From the NCBI GenBank assembly GCA_963761945.1, contig CAVXIM010000019.1:263933-327932 (forward strand): DNA of 64,000 nt. The letters are read 5' to 3'. The notes below the pieces were generated by a model. It made no database searches. It had not been told where the DNA came from and saw only the letters and a list, made by a program, of their open reading frames with translations. Each line of letters starts with the position of its first letter. Within the stretch, counting starts at the first letter, position 1. The translations under genes and the position numbers were made by a program. This document shows, one piece after another, positions 49,468 through 59,597 of this stretch. This DNA comes from an uncultured Acidobacteriota bacterium (GTDB taxonomy: Bacteria > Acidobacteriota > Terriglobia > Acidiferrales > UBA7541).

Positions 49468-51111
49468 GTGAATTTTCTGGAAAGTATTTTTGAACGCCTC
49501 GCGGGGGCGCCCGGACGCCTGGTGCTCGAGGAGATGCGGCCCGGAGGCCGTGTCTCTGTGAACGGAGGCGAACTGCTCGAACGCGTCGCGGCAGCTCGCG
49601 CATTTCTCGGCGCAGCCGGGCTCCGTAAGGGCGACCGCTGCGCGCTGCTCGCGCCGAACAGCATCCATTGGGTTGCGCTGGATTTGGCGGCGATGGCCGA
49701 TGGAATCATGGTCGTGCCGCTCTATGCGCGGCAAGCGCCCGCCGAACTCGCGGCCATGATTAACGATGCTCAGCCGGCGATCATCTGTTGTGGCGACTCT
49801 ACGTTACAGCGAGATTTGCTTGCGGCCATGCCCCGCGCGGCACCGCGCACGATGCTTCTCGAGGAGATTTTCGCCGCGCGGCCCCAAGCCGCGGTTCCCG
49901 CGAAGCCTATTACTCTGGCCGATGCTGATCCGGTCGCGATCACTTACACCTCCGGCAGTTCCGGCGAGCCGAAGGGCGTTGTACTCAATGTTGGCAACGT
50001 GACGTATATGCTCTCCTGCACGAACGCACGGCTCGGGCAGCTCATGGACGGGCGCGGGGAGCCAGACCGCGTGTTTCACTATTTGCCATTCTGTTTTGCC
50101 GGCTCCTGGATTCTGCTGCTCTCCTGCCTTTTGCGGCTGAGTGAATTGCGGCTCGCGACCGACTTAACGCGTTTGGCCGACGACCTGCGCGAAGCGGCCC
50201 CGGACTATTGCTTGAATGTGCCGCAATTGCTCGAACGAATGCGCTCCGCGGTGGAGACACAACTCGCCAAGCGAGGCGGATTCGCCAACAAAATATTCGC
50301 CAATGCAAAAGCGGCAGCGCTCGAAGGCAAAAACGGGGCAAGGCGCGGCATTTCTCTGCTGGTCGCGGAGAGACTGCTCTTCCCCGCGATCCGCAAAAAA
50401 TTGGGTCCCAATCTCAAGGCCTTGATTTGCGGTTCGGCGCCGCTGGCGCCGGAAACTCAACTCTTTTTCCAAATGCTCGGCATCCCCGTGCTGCAGGTCT
50501 ACGGGCTCACCGAGACCACCGCGATTTGCACCATGGACGATCCCCGGCGCGTAGAACCAGGAGCCGTCGGTCCGGCGATTCCCGGAATCGAGATGAAGCT
50601 TGGCGACCATGACGAAATTCTCGTACGCGGGCCGAATGTTTTCGCCGGTTATTGGAACCGGCCGGACGAGACACTCAAGGCAATGGCCAACGGCTGGTTC
50701 CACACAGGCGATCAGGGCGAGCGAACCGCCGGCGGCAACTGGCGCATCGTGGGACGGCTAAAGAATTTGCTGATCCTCAGCTCCGGCCATAATATTGCGC
50801 CGGAGCCGCTGGAGGAAACATTGGTGCGCGCCATCCCCGCCGCGCAGCAGGTGATGCTTTTCGGGCATGGGCGCAGCTTCTTATCGGCTCTCGTGACCGG
50901 AGAAGTAAAGCGCGATGCCGTGGAGACAGCTATTGCCAAGTTGAATTCGGCTCTGCCCCACTATCGGCAAATCCGGGCGTTTTACATCGAACCCCGGCCG
51001 CTAACGGTGGAGAGCGGTTTGCTCACGACGATGGGCAAGCTGCGCCGCGACGCCATCGCCGCGCAATTCCGGGACGCGATTGAATCGATGTACCTAAGAA
51101 ATCCAACGTGA
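49468..51111 (+). CDS. Acyl-AMP/CoA ligase (AMP-binding family) I
   Basis: 'AITYTSGSSGEPKGVVL', 'YGLTETT', 'GWFHTGDQG', 'GKLRR'. GTG start. Confidence 0.8.
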   Translation: MNFLESIFERLAGAPGRLVLEEMRPGGRVSVNGGELLERVAAARAFLGAAGLRKGDRCALLAPNSIHWVALDLAAMADGIMVVPLYARQAPAELAAMINDAQPAIICCGDSTLQRDLLAAMPRAAPRTMLLEEIFAARPQAAVPAKPITLADADPVAITYTSGSSGEPKGVVLNVGNVTYMLSCTNARLGQLMDGRGEPDRVFHYLPFCFAGSWILLLSCLLRLSELRLATDLTRLADDLREAAPDYCLNVPQLLERMRSAVETQLAKRGGFANKIFANAKAAALEGKNGARRGISLLVAERLLFPAIRKKLGPNLKALICGSAPLAPETQLFFQMLGIPVLQVYGLTETTAICTMDDPRRVEPGAVGPAIPGIEMKLGDHDEILVRGPNVFAGYWNRPDETLKAMANGWFHTGDQGERTAGGNWRIVGRLKNLLILSSGHNIAPEPLEETLVRAIPAAQQVMLFGHGRSFLSALVTGEVKRDAVETAIAKLNSALPHYRQIRAFYIEPRPLTVESGLLTTMGKLRRDAIAAQFRDAIESMYLRNPT

Positions 51112-51930
51112 GCGCCTCTAAAATTCATCTTTCCGAAAAGACCAAGACGCTTTCCTGGGAGCTGAAGGACGGCACGATCGAACTCGCGCTCGATCACGCT
51201 CCTTGCAACGAGATCGGCACCGCGATGCTGGAGGACCTGGAACAATTTGTCGAGGCGCTCGAGCGGGCAGAAGGGAAAGCCTCGGCTTTGATCATATACA
51301 GCCGGCGGGAAGCGGGATTTTCGGCAGGCGCCGATTTGCGGGAACTTTACGCGGCGAGCGCGGGGCTTGCGGCAGCCGAGCGCGTTTCGGGCGCGCGGTC
51401 ATTTCTGGAACGCATCCATCGGGTTTTAAACGCGATCGACGCTTCCCCGCTGACTACCATCGCGGCGGTGCACGGTGTTACCTTCGGCGGCGGCTTCGAG
51501 CTGGCCCTGGCTTGCGATTTGATCATTGCGGACAAGATGGCGCGCTTCTGTTTCCCGGAATTGCGTCTGGGACTCATTCCGGGCTTTGGCGGGATTCCGC
51601 GATTGCGCCGGGATCTTGGCAACGCCGTCGTTCGCGATCTCCTGCTCACCGGCCGCAGCATCAATGCCGCCAAAGCGCTGGCGGTGGGGCTGGTGAGCCA
51701 GATGGCCGGCGAAGGCGAAGCTTTGAGAGTGGCGCGCGCGACGGCTGCAGCAGGCGGGCAAATTCGACCGCACGACGAGTGCGGCGGCCAAGCGCTTCCT
51801 CAAACCCATTCCGCACGAGGAATTGCGGCGCGAGATCGACCTCTTTTGCGAACTCTTCGAGCGGCCCACGGTTATGGAGGCGCTTCGCAAATTTGTCGAG
51901 AACGCGGGCGCGCATCCTTATTTGCCGTAG
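51108..51930 (+). pseudogene. Enoyl-CoA hydratase/isomerase (crotonase) family, frame break ~51741-51755
   Basis: 'FSAGADLRE', 'AAVHGVTFGGGFELALACDLIIA' in frame 0. A third frame continues 'QAGKFDRTTSAAAKRFLKPIPHEELRREIDLFCELFERPTVMEALRKFVENAGAHPYLP*' and ends at 51930. Confidence 0.75.
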
Positions 51931-51967
51931 TCGCGCGCGCAAACTTTGGAATGTAAAATAGGCTTCC

Positions 51968-52210
51968 GTGAAGACGCTCGAACAGACCACAGACGAAATT
52001 CTGGGATTGGCCGCGCATCATTTCAAGATTCCGCGCGAGGAACTTGCGCCAAGTGACGATTTCTACAAAAAGCTCAAGATCGATAGCTTGCGCGCGCTCG
52101 AATTGATCACGCGGCTGGAACATCATTTTGGCATCGAACTTCCCGACTACGAAGTGCAGGGCGTGACGGATTTTCACACGCTGGCGAGCCGCATCCAGGC
52201 ACGTTTATGA
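51968..52210 (+). CDS. Acyl carrier protein
   Basis: 80 aa with the phosphopantetheine site 'LKIDSLRALELITRLEHHFGIEL'. GTG start. Confidence 0.8.
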   Translation: MKTLEQTTDEILGLAAHHFKIPREELAPSDDFYKKLKIDSLRALELITRLEHHFGIELPDYEVQGVTDFHTLASRIQARL

Positions 52211-52216
52211 CTACCC

Positions 52217-53950
52217 TTGTACCCACCCGCGCTTGTAATTCGCATGCTTGATTTGAGCCAATACGATTCGCTCGGTGCCGCATTGAGCGGAGCGATTCAG
52301 CGCTGGCCGGACGAACTCTGCCTCATCGAGGCAGATCGCGAGCATGAGCGCTGCCGCTTGACCTATCGCGAGTTTAGCCTCGCAGCGCTTCAACTGGCCG
52401 CCGGCCTCCAACAAAACGGGTTTGCTCCCGGTGATCGGGCGGCGATCTTGATGAGCAATCAATCTAAATGGTTGATTTCAGCCTACGCCGTTTTCTTTTG
52501 CGGTGGCGTGCTGGTGCCGCTCGATTACAAGCTGACGCCCGCAGAACATCGGGCACTCATAGCACACTCGAAATCGCGTGTGCTGATCGTGGAATATCCC
52601 ATCTGGCGCGCGCTGAGCCAGAGCGATTTTTCGGCCACGCAAGTGGTGACCATCCTGGTGACGGAAGCGCCCGCAGGCGCCGACCTTGCCGGCGCGAAAA
52701 GATGGGAAGAATGTCATGGCGAAAAGGCGCCTGAAGTTCAGCCGCGAAAACGGGAAGACGCCGCCTGCATCGTCTATTCCTCGGGAACAGGCGGGCGCCC
52801 TAAAGGCTGCGTGCTGACGAATGAAAATTATCTCGAGCAATGCGCCGCGGTTGCTCCCTTGTGGCCGTTTTGGCCAGGCGCACGCTACCTGAGTATCATT
52901 CCGACAAATCATGCCATCGATTTCATGGGTGGCTTCATCATGCCCTTTACCGGCGGCGGCACTGTCGTGCATCTGCGCACTTTGCGGCCGGAGTATATCC
53001 GCGAAGCCTTCACGCGTTACAAGATCACCTATATGGCGGTTGTGCCGCTGATTCTGAAAAATCTGGAACGCGGGCTGCGGGAGCGGTTTGCGGCGCTGCC
53101 GCCTATGAAGCGGCGCGTGCTAGACGCAATGGTGCGCGTGAATCGCATTGCCACTCACCGCCGTCCGAAGCTGTGGCTCAGCCGCTTGCTCCTGAAGGAT
53201 GTTCATCGGGGTTTTGGGGGCGAACTGCGAGCGCTGCTGGTTGGGGGCGCCTTTACCGAGCCGAAGACGCTCGAGTTTTTCCACGATTTGGGAATCCAAA
53301 TCGCGAACGGTTATGGGTGCACGGAAGCATGCACGGCGATCACGGTCAACGACATGAAGCCGTTCCGTCCTGATACCTTGGGCAGGCCCGTGGCGGGGAT
53401 GCAAGTACGCATCGTCAATGCAGGCGCCGATGGGGTGGGCGAAGTGGCAGTTCGCAGCAAAACGGTTATGTCCCATTATCTTGACGATCCGGAACTGACG
53501 GCGGAGACGATCGTGGACGGCTGGTTACTGACTGGGGATCTTGGAAAAATCGACACCAGCGGGCATCTGCAGCTTCTCGGCCGAAAGAAGAACATGATCG
53601 TTACCGCCGAAGGCAAAAACATCTATCCTGAAGATATCGAGAACGTATTCGAGAGCCTGCCGGTGAAAGAGTTTTGCGTGTTTGCGGCGAACTATTTATG
53701 GCCGCAGCGCACCATGACCGGCGAAAAACTGGTGCTCGTCGTGCGTCCGGATCCGACCCAAAACGCAAACGGCTCTATGCGCAGGGAGCTGGAGCTTCGC
53801 AACCAGCGCCTGGCGCCCTACAAGCGCATCAGCGGCTACGTGCTCTGGCCTGAAGATTTCCCGCGCACGGCATCTCTAAAAATCAAACGAAACATCCTGG
53901 CCGAACAGATCGGCGGCCAGTTGGATCGCAGTGCTGTGCAGCCCTTGTGA
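52217..53950 (+). CDS. Acyl-AMP/CoA ligase (AMP-binding family) II
   Basis: '[18 protein letters not shown]', 'NGYGCTEA', 'GWLLTGDLG', 'SLKIKR'. Confidence 0.8.
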   Translation: MYPPALVIRMLDLSQYDSLGAALSGAIQRWPDELCLIEADREHERCRLTYREFSLAALQLAAGLQQNGFAPGDRAAILMSNQSKWLISAYAVFFCGGVLVPLDYKLTPAEHRALIAHSKSRVLIVEYPIWRALSQSDFSATQVVTILVTEAPAGADLAGAKRWEECHGEKAPEVQPRKREDAACIVYSSGTGGRPKGCVLTNENYLEQCAAVAPLWPFWPGARYLSIIPTNHAIDFMGGFIMPFTGGGTVVHLRTLRPEYIREAFTRYKITYMAVVPLILKNLERGLRERFAALPPMKRRVLDAMVRVNRIATHRRPKLWLSRLLLKDVHRGFGGELRALLVGGAFTEPKTLEFFHDLGIQIANGYGCTEACTAITVNDMKPFRPDTLGRPVAGMQVRIVNAGADGVGEVAVRSKTVMSHYLDDPELTAETIVDGWLLTGDLGKIDTSGHLQLLGRKKNMIVTAEGKNIYPEDIENVFESLPVKEFCVFAANYLWPQRTMTGEKLVLVVRPDPTQNANGSMRRELELRNQRLAPYKRISGYVLWPEDFPRTASLKIKRNILAEQIGGQLDRSAVQPL

Positions 53951-54849
53951 GCGACGCGTTTCTTGCCATCGTGAATCCAGCCGCGGGAGGCGGACGCTGC
54001 GGCAAATTGGCAAAAGCGGCGCTGGAAAAGCTGCGCGCAGCCGGAATTGAATTGCAGGTGGCGGAAACCTCCAGGGCCGGAGAGGCAACATGCTTGGCTC
54101 GGCAGGCTTATGCAAGGGGCCAGCGACAATTTATCGCGGTCGGGGGAGACGGGACCGCATACGAAATAGTAAATGGACTTTTCCCGAGAGCTGAGGGTGC
54201 GGACAAACCGGTTTTGGGTTTTCTGCCGCTCGGCACGGGCAACTCCTTTCTTCGCGATTTCACCAGCAATGGCGCGGAACACGCCAGAGAAGCCATCCTC
54301 GCCGGCAAACGGAGATCGAGTGACGTCCTTTGCCTGCAGCATTCCGGCGGCAAGCTTTACTTCATCAACCTGCTGAGCGTGGGATTCACGGCCGACGTAA
54401 CGGCGGCGGCTAATCGCAGCTTCAAGAGCTTAGGCGAGCTTGGATATTTGGTTGGCGTGGTGTTATGCCTCGCACGCCTGCGGCGCCGGGCCTTTCCTGT
54501 GCGTGCGGATGACGACATGGAGTTCGACGGCCGGCGCTGTCTCTTTCTCAGCTTCAACAACAGCCGATACACCGGGGGCAATATGAGGATCGCGCCACAA
54601 GCCTCTACCTGCGACGGCCTGATCGAATATGTCCGCTGGGGGCCGATCGGGAGAATCGGCCTGCTGCGGAACTTGCGCACGCTTTTCGATGGAACGCACA
54701 TTCATCACCCGCTGGCTTCGCGCCGCGCCGTGCGGCGGATTGAATTCGCACTCGACGAGCGCGTGGACGTGATGATCGACGGAGAAGTGCTCACATTAAA
54801 ATTGGAAAGCGTGGAGGTACTTCCTGGAGGTCTGGACGTCCTGGTATGA
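53947..54849 (+). CDS. Diacylglycerol-kinase-fold lipid kinase (YegS/DAGK catalytic domain)
   Basis: '[14 protein letters not shown]', '[16 protein letters not shown]', '[16 protein letters not shown]'. Confidence 0.75.
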   Translation: MSDAFLAIVNPAAGGGRCGKLAKAALEKLRAAGIELQVAETSRAGEATCLARQAYARGQRQFIAVGGDGTAYEIVNGLFPRAEGADKPVLGFLPLGTGNSFLRDFTSNGAEHAREAILAGKRRSSDVLCLQHSGGKLYFINLLSVGFTADVTAAANRSFKSLGELGYLVGVVLCLARLRRRAFPVRADDDMEFDGRRCLFLSFNNSRYTGGNMRIAPQASTCDGLIEYVRWGPIGRIGLLRNLRTLFDGTHIHHPLASRRAVRRIEFALDERVDVMIDGEVLTLKLESVEVLPGGLDVLV

Positions 54850-55679
54850 CCGTTCCGCCTGAAAATCCCTGCGCGACGCAAAATTCCGCCGTGGCTGAAG
54901 GCCAGCCCTCGATTTACGAAATACTGCGCAGCGCTTTCCGGTGGTTTCTGGCCGGAGCCTTCTTCTTCTCCGTTTGTCCCGCGCTTATTCTGCTCGGGAT
55001 TTTTGTCGATCCGCGGCGGTGGAATGATGGGCCGCAACGCTGGTTATCCCGGACCTCGGTACGGCTTGCGGGTGCGCGCGTGGAGGTTCGGCGCTCACCG
55101 GGATTCAATCCAAACCGCGTTTGTTTTTTAGTTTCCAATCACGTCAATCTTTTTGACCCCTTCGTGCTATACAGCATCGTGCCCCAATTTATGCGCGGGC
55201 TGGAACTGGAGTCGCATTTCCGCATTCCGGTATACGGCTGGCTGATGAAACGCTTCGGCAACGTGCCGGTTCCCGAGGCTAATCGGCCGTCCGATCTGAA
55301 ACGTATGTGGCGCTTGACTCGCGCGGCGCTGGATGGAGGCGTGAGTCTGGCCGTCTTTCCCGAAGGCGGCCGGACAATCACAGGCCGCGTGGGTCCTTTC
55401 CACGACGGGGTCTTTCGTATGGCGCGCGATTTCGGCACACCGATCGCGCCGGTGAGCATCGTCGGCGCGTTTGCATTCAATCGCAAGACCAGTTGGATAC
55501 TACGGCGTTCGACCATCGTGGTGTGGCTGCACGATACGATCGAAACAGAGGGCTACGGTAAGGGAGAGGTGGCCGAGTTGCGCGACCGCGTATGGAGGGC
55601 CGTCGCAGGGCCCGTTCATGCTTCCATGGGCGAAACAGCCGTCACCGAGCCCGAAGCACAGGCGGGAGCAAACGTCTAG
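54846..55679 (+). CDS. Lysophospholipid (PlsC/AGPAT-type) acyltransferase
   Basis: An N-terminal TM, 'VSNHVNLFDPFVLY' (HxxxxD) and 'FPEGGRT'. Confidence 0.8.
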   Translation: MTVPPENPCATQNSAVAEGQPSIYEILRSAFRWFLAGAFFFSVCPALILLGIFVDPRRWNDGPQRWLSRTSVRLAGARVEVRRSPGFNPNRVCFLVSNHVNLFDPFVLYSIVPQFMRGLELESHFRIPVYGWLMKRFGNVPVPEANRPSDLKRMWRLTRAALDGGVSLAVFPEGGRTITGRVGPFHDGVFRMARDFGTPIAPVSIVGAFAFNRKTSWILRRSTIVVWLHDTIETEGYGKGEVAELRDRVWRAVAGPVHASMGETAVTEPEAQAGANV

Positions 55680-56287
55680 GCAACCAAGTGTATGCCTGGG
55701 AGCGTGCGGCCCGCTTTCGTTTCCTGCCAGGTATACACGATGCGGTGAATCACCGTGATTGTCGAAACCACGGCGATCACCCACAGCGCAGGCGCCATGC
55801 GGTCAAAGGTGCCGCCCAATATGAGCAGCACCAGCCGCTCAGGCCGTTCCATGAAACCGACTTTGCACGTGGGAATTAAGGACTCTGCGCGGGCGCGCGA
55901 GTAACTCACCATAACCGATCCAGCCGTGGCCACCGCGGCCAAAATTACGTAAGAAGCTCTGCCGTTAACTGCATAGTAAACGAGCAGTCCCATGTACAGA
56001 GCCATATCGGAATAGCGATCGAGCGTGGAATCGAAAAAAGCTCCGAATGCGGTGACGCGTTGCTCGCGGCGCGCGACCTGGCCATCGAGAATATCCAGAA
56101 ATCCAGCGAGGAAGATCACCGCCGCGCCCGATCTGAACATGCCTTCAGCAAACAGCAGCGCAGCCCAAAAGTTCACGACCAAGCCAAAGGCCGTCAGGAC
56201 ATTGGGATTGATGCCGGTGGCGGCGATGGCTACGACAATCTTGTCCAGTAGCCATCGACTGCCGTCTCCGATAGAACGAGTAATCAT
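55676..56287 (-). CDS. CDP-alcohol phosphatidyltransferase family protein
   Basis: The full motif DG-x2-AR-x8-G-x3-D-x3-D is present in 'DILDGQVARREQRVTAFGAFFDSTLDRYSD'. The 3' end overlaps the acyltransferase by 4 nt (convergent). Confidence 0.8.
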   Translation of the reverse strand: MITRSIGDGSRWLLDKIVVAIAATGINPNVLTAFGLVVNFWAALLFAEGMFRSGAAVIFLAGFLDILDGQVARREQRVTAFGAFFDSTLDRYSDMALYMGLLVYYAVNGRASYVILAAVATAGSVMVSYSRARAESLIPTCKVGFMERPERLVLLILGGTFDRMAPALWVIAVVSTITVIHRIVYTWQETKAGRTLPGIHLVA

Positions 56288-56442
56288 ACAAAGGGGACGT
56301 CCCTCTCAGGAGGGGATGATATGTCATGCGGCTCGTACTCTCAAGCGGCGAGGTCAGGTGAGGCATCTGTTTGCAGCTCAAGGCAAGTTCGCCAAATCCG
56401 GGGAGTTTCCTTTCTGGTTTCGTGCCAACATAAGCCGCCGGT

Positions 56443-58320
56443 TTGGGGGATGAGGCGACGATGTCCATGATCGATTTTCTATTCGGCCGGGCACTGCGCT
56501 CTTCCGAAGAAGGATCGGAGCGACTGGGAGCGGCAGCCGGAATACCGGTTTTTGGTCTGGATGCGCTCAGTTCGGCGGCTTACGGCCCTGAGGCGGCGCT
56601 AGCTCTGTTGATTCCGCTTGGCGCCGCGGGCATTGCATACATTGTTCCGATTACGATCAGCATCATTATCCTGCTGTTCATCGTTTACCTCTCCTATCGG
56701 CAAACGATCGAGGCCTATCCGCAAGGCGGCGGGTCGTACACCGTCGCTGGGCAGAATCTGGGAGCTTTCGCCGGATTGCTGGCAGCGACGGCATTAATGA
56801 TCGACTACGTCCTGACTGCCGCGGTGGGTATCTCCGCCGGCGTGGGCGCACTGGTCTCAGCGGTACCCAAGCTCCAGCCCCATACGCTGACGCTGTGCCT
56901 GGCAATTTTATTGCTGATTACGCTTGTGAATCTGCGCGGCTCGCGTGAAACGGGCATCGTCTTTATGCTGCCCACCTATCTTTTTCTCGGCACTCTGGGA
57001 ACAACCATCGTCGTGGGAATTGCCAAGGCGATTCTGTCAGGAGGCCACCCCCAACCGATAGAAGCCCCTCTGACACTGCCTGCGGCCACCGCCGCGGTGA
57101 GCCTATGGATTTTGCTGAAGGCGTTCTCCAGTGGATGCACAGCCATGACCGGCGTGGAGGCTGTGAGCAATGGGGTAACGGCGTTTCGTGAGCCGGTAGT
57201 AAATACGGCACGGCGGACGCTGACAACGGTTATCGCGTTATTGGCGATGATGTTGCTAGGCATCGCGTATCTCTGCCGAGCCTATCAGATCGGCGCGGCG
57301 GAGCCGGGCCTTGGATATCAGAGCGTGCTTTCGCAACTCACCGCAGCCGTGGCAGGACGCAACGTCTTCTACTTCATCACGATTGGTTCGGTGCTGCTGG
57401 TCCTCTCGTTTTCGGCTAATACCGCGTTTGCGGACTTTCCGCGCTTGTGCCGCCTGATTGCGCAGGATGGCTACCTCCCCGTTCCGCTGGCTGAGCGCGG
57501 GCGCAGGCTCGTCTACACCTGGGGCATCACCACGCTGGCTGTGCTGTGCGGTGCTTTGCTGATTTTCTTTGGCGGCGTTACAGATCGCTTGATCCCGCTT
57601 TACGCGGTGGGCGCCTTTCTCGCGTTCACGCTGTCGCAGGCGGGGATGGTATCGCACTGGAAACGCAAAGGTGGCTCTCGGCTGGCCATCTTTCTGAATG
57701 GGTTGGGCGCGATCGCGACTGCGGCGACTGTGATTATCGTGACCATCACGAAGTTTTTGGCGGGAGCCTGGATCACCACTCTGCTGATCCCGCTCATTAT
57801 GATCATGATGTACTCGATTCGGCGCCACTATAAGCGCTTGCAAGCGCAAATATCGCAGGCGGCCCCGCTCGACGCGAGTGAACGGACAACGCCGATCGTG
57901 GTGATGCCGATGATGGCTTGGACCAGAGTGTCACGCTCCGGATTGCAGTTTGCGCTCCAAATTTGTACGGAGATTTACGTCGTGCATGTCAGCACAGGAG
58001 ATAGGGATAAAGAATTCCTCGATAACTGGCGCAAAGTGGTCGAGGAACCGGTCCGGCAAGCCGGCCTGCGCATGCCTCACATGAAAGTTCTTAAGTCACC
58101 CTACCGGTTTGTGATCGCGCCGATTGTGGATTACGTGCTGGAGTTAGAAGCGCAAAATCCTGGACGGTGCATCGCAGTCATCATTCCGGAATTGGTGGAA
58201 AAGCACTGGTATCACAATTTTCTTCATAACCAGAGAGCCACATGGCTCAAGGCGTCCCTCTTGCTGAAGGGAAACCGGCGGATCGTCATCATCAACGTGC
58301 CCTGGTATCTCGATGAGTGA
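56443..58320 (+). CDS. APC-superfamily transporter with a ~180-aa cytoplasmic C-terminal domain (KimA-like K+ transporter?)
   Basis: 'VFGLDALSSAAYGPEAAL', 12 TM segments and a soluble tail. The start may be ATG 56461. The KimA assignment is tentative. Confidence 0.6.
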   Translation: MGDEATMSMIDFLFGRALRSSEEGSERLGAAAGIPVFGLDALSSAAYGPEAALALLIPLGAAGIAYIVPITISIIILLFIVYLSYRQTIEAYPQGGGSYTVAGQNLGAFAGLLAATALMIDYVLTAAVGISAGVGALVSAVPKLQPHTLTLCLAILLLITLVNLRGSRETGIVFMLPTYLFLGTLGTTIVVGIAKAILSGGHPQPIEAPLTLPAATAAVSLWILLKAFSSGCTAMTGVEAVSNGVTAFREPVVNTARRTLTTVIALLAMMLLGIAYLCRAYQIGAAEPGLGYQSVLSQLTAAVAGRNVFYFITIGSVLLVLSFSANTAFADFPRLCRLIAQDGYLPVPLAERGRRLVYTWGITTLAVLCGALLIFFGGVTDRLIPLYAVGAFLAFTLSQAGMVSHWKRKGGSRLAIFLNGLGAIATAATVIIVTITKFLAGAWITTLLIPLIMIMMYSIRRHYKRLQAQISQAAPLDASERTTPIVVMPMMAWTRVSRSGLQFALQICTEIYVVHVSTGDRDKEFLDNWRKVVEEPVRQAGLRMPHMKVLKSPYRFVIAPIVDYVLELEAQNPGRCIAVIIPELVEKHWYHNFLHNQRATWLKASLLLKGNRRIVIINVPWYLDE

Positions 58321-58431
58321 TGTCGATCAGTGATCGCCGGAAACCGCATTTAGGCGCACAAATCCCTTCTCTGGCCCCGTTTGGCCCATGCAGATCGCGA
58401 GATCGTGAACGCGGATTTTGTTACGCGCTCA

Positions 58432-59469
58432 CTACTTGGCAAAAATCAACAGCGTGAATGTGTTAGGTATTATCGCCGGCCGTGGCCGCGGATTTTCGGG
58501 TGAGGCCGCGGGGGCCGGACCGAAATCCGCCGTAACGGTGTAAATATTATGATTACCGGTATCGAGCGCCATGGTGCGCGCGCCGGTTTGCGTCTTGATG
58601 GTATCGACCACGGTATATTTGTCAGGAGAATCCTCATGCGCCGCGGTAATCGTGCCCTCGCCGCAAGAGGAGAACGCCAACTGAGTGCCCGGATCGAACC
58701 AGGTGGCGTCTATACCATTGCCAATCGGTATCTTGGCTACGGATTTTCCGGTGGTGTAATCGACCACGACCATTTGCTGATTGTGGCAGCCGACGAAGAC
58801 CCGCTTGTGCTTCGTATCGATGGCCAAACCGCTGGGCGATTCGCAACCATCGATGGGCCGATTGTTCAGCACCTTGAGGGCCTTGGAATCGAACTCAACG
58901 AGTAGAGTCTTGTCTTCATTGTTGACGAAGATGTGCCCCTCACCATCGGCTACCGCAGCTTCGGGTTTTCCGCCCAGTGGGACCATACCCGCGACTTCGC
59001 CGGTTTTGGCGTCGATACCGGTGGCGTCCTGGCTGCGCGCATTAAAAACGAAAACGCGCTTGGACGCCGGATCATACAGATAGCCGTCCGGGCCCTGAGC
59101 CTGCGGCAGCGGAACTTCTTTGATCACTTCGAGGGTCTTCAGATCGAAGATGGTTACGGAATTCGACTGGCCGTTACTGCTGAAGCCGCGGTTGAGTTCC
59201 GGCACCAGCGCCGCTCCGTGCGTGCCCTTCAAACTCGGGATGTCCCCGACGACTTTTCCGTCAGGATCGACAACCATGATATGCGTGCCGCGAGAGATAA
59301 AGACGCGATGGGAGGTCGGATCAGCATTGACGTAATCCCAGCCGCCTTCCCCTCCGAGCACAACCTTCTTAACCAGGTGATAACCCGAAGCCTGTGGCGC
59401 GGCCGCCGCATACACAACGAATGCAGCGCTGCCCAGGATCAACAGAAGAGCCCAAAAAGTTCTGCGCAT
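58432..59469 (-). CDS. Secreted YncE/YVTN-like beta-propeller protein
   Basis: Signal peptide 'FWALLLILGSAAFVVYAAAA' and repeated blade motifs (..G..P.G.A.D......VFV.N). Confidence 0.5.
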   Translation of the reverse strand: MRRTFWALLLILGSAAFVVYAAAAPQASGYHLVKKVVLGGEGGWDYVNADPTSHRVFISRGTHIMVVDPDGKVVGDIPSLKGTHGAALVPELNRGFSSNGQSNSVTIFDLKTLEVIKEVPLPQAQGPDGYLYDPASKRVFVFNARSQDATGIDAKTGEVAGMVPLGGKPEAAVADGEGHIFVNNEDKTLLVEFDSKALKVLNNRPIDGCESPSGLAIDTKHKRVFVGCHNQQMVVVDYTTGKSVAKIPIGNGIDATWFDPGTQLAFSSCGEGTITAAHEDSPDKYTVVDTIKTQTGARTMALDTGNHNIYTVTADFGPAPAASPENPRPRPAIIPNTFTLLIFAK

Positions 59470-59597
59470 GACACACCCTCCCTATTGAGTTACGAAATCT
59501 CCGACCTTGGCCGCCTGCCCTGGAGCTATAGACGCGCGCCAAAGCACGGCAGTTCCTTTATTTTCCGCTCAGAGCGTTCCCGGCGCGCGGTCTTAAA

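Noticed and set aside
56288-56442. c-di-AMP (ydaO/kimA-type) riboswitch upstream of the KimA-like transporter
   Set aside because: Only vague resemblance ('CCGGGGAG'). The pseudo-two-fold ACGGGG/CCCGA architecture is not recognisable, so the call is unsupported without a covariance-model scan.
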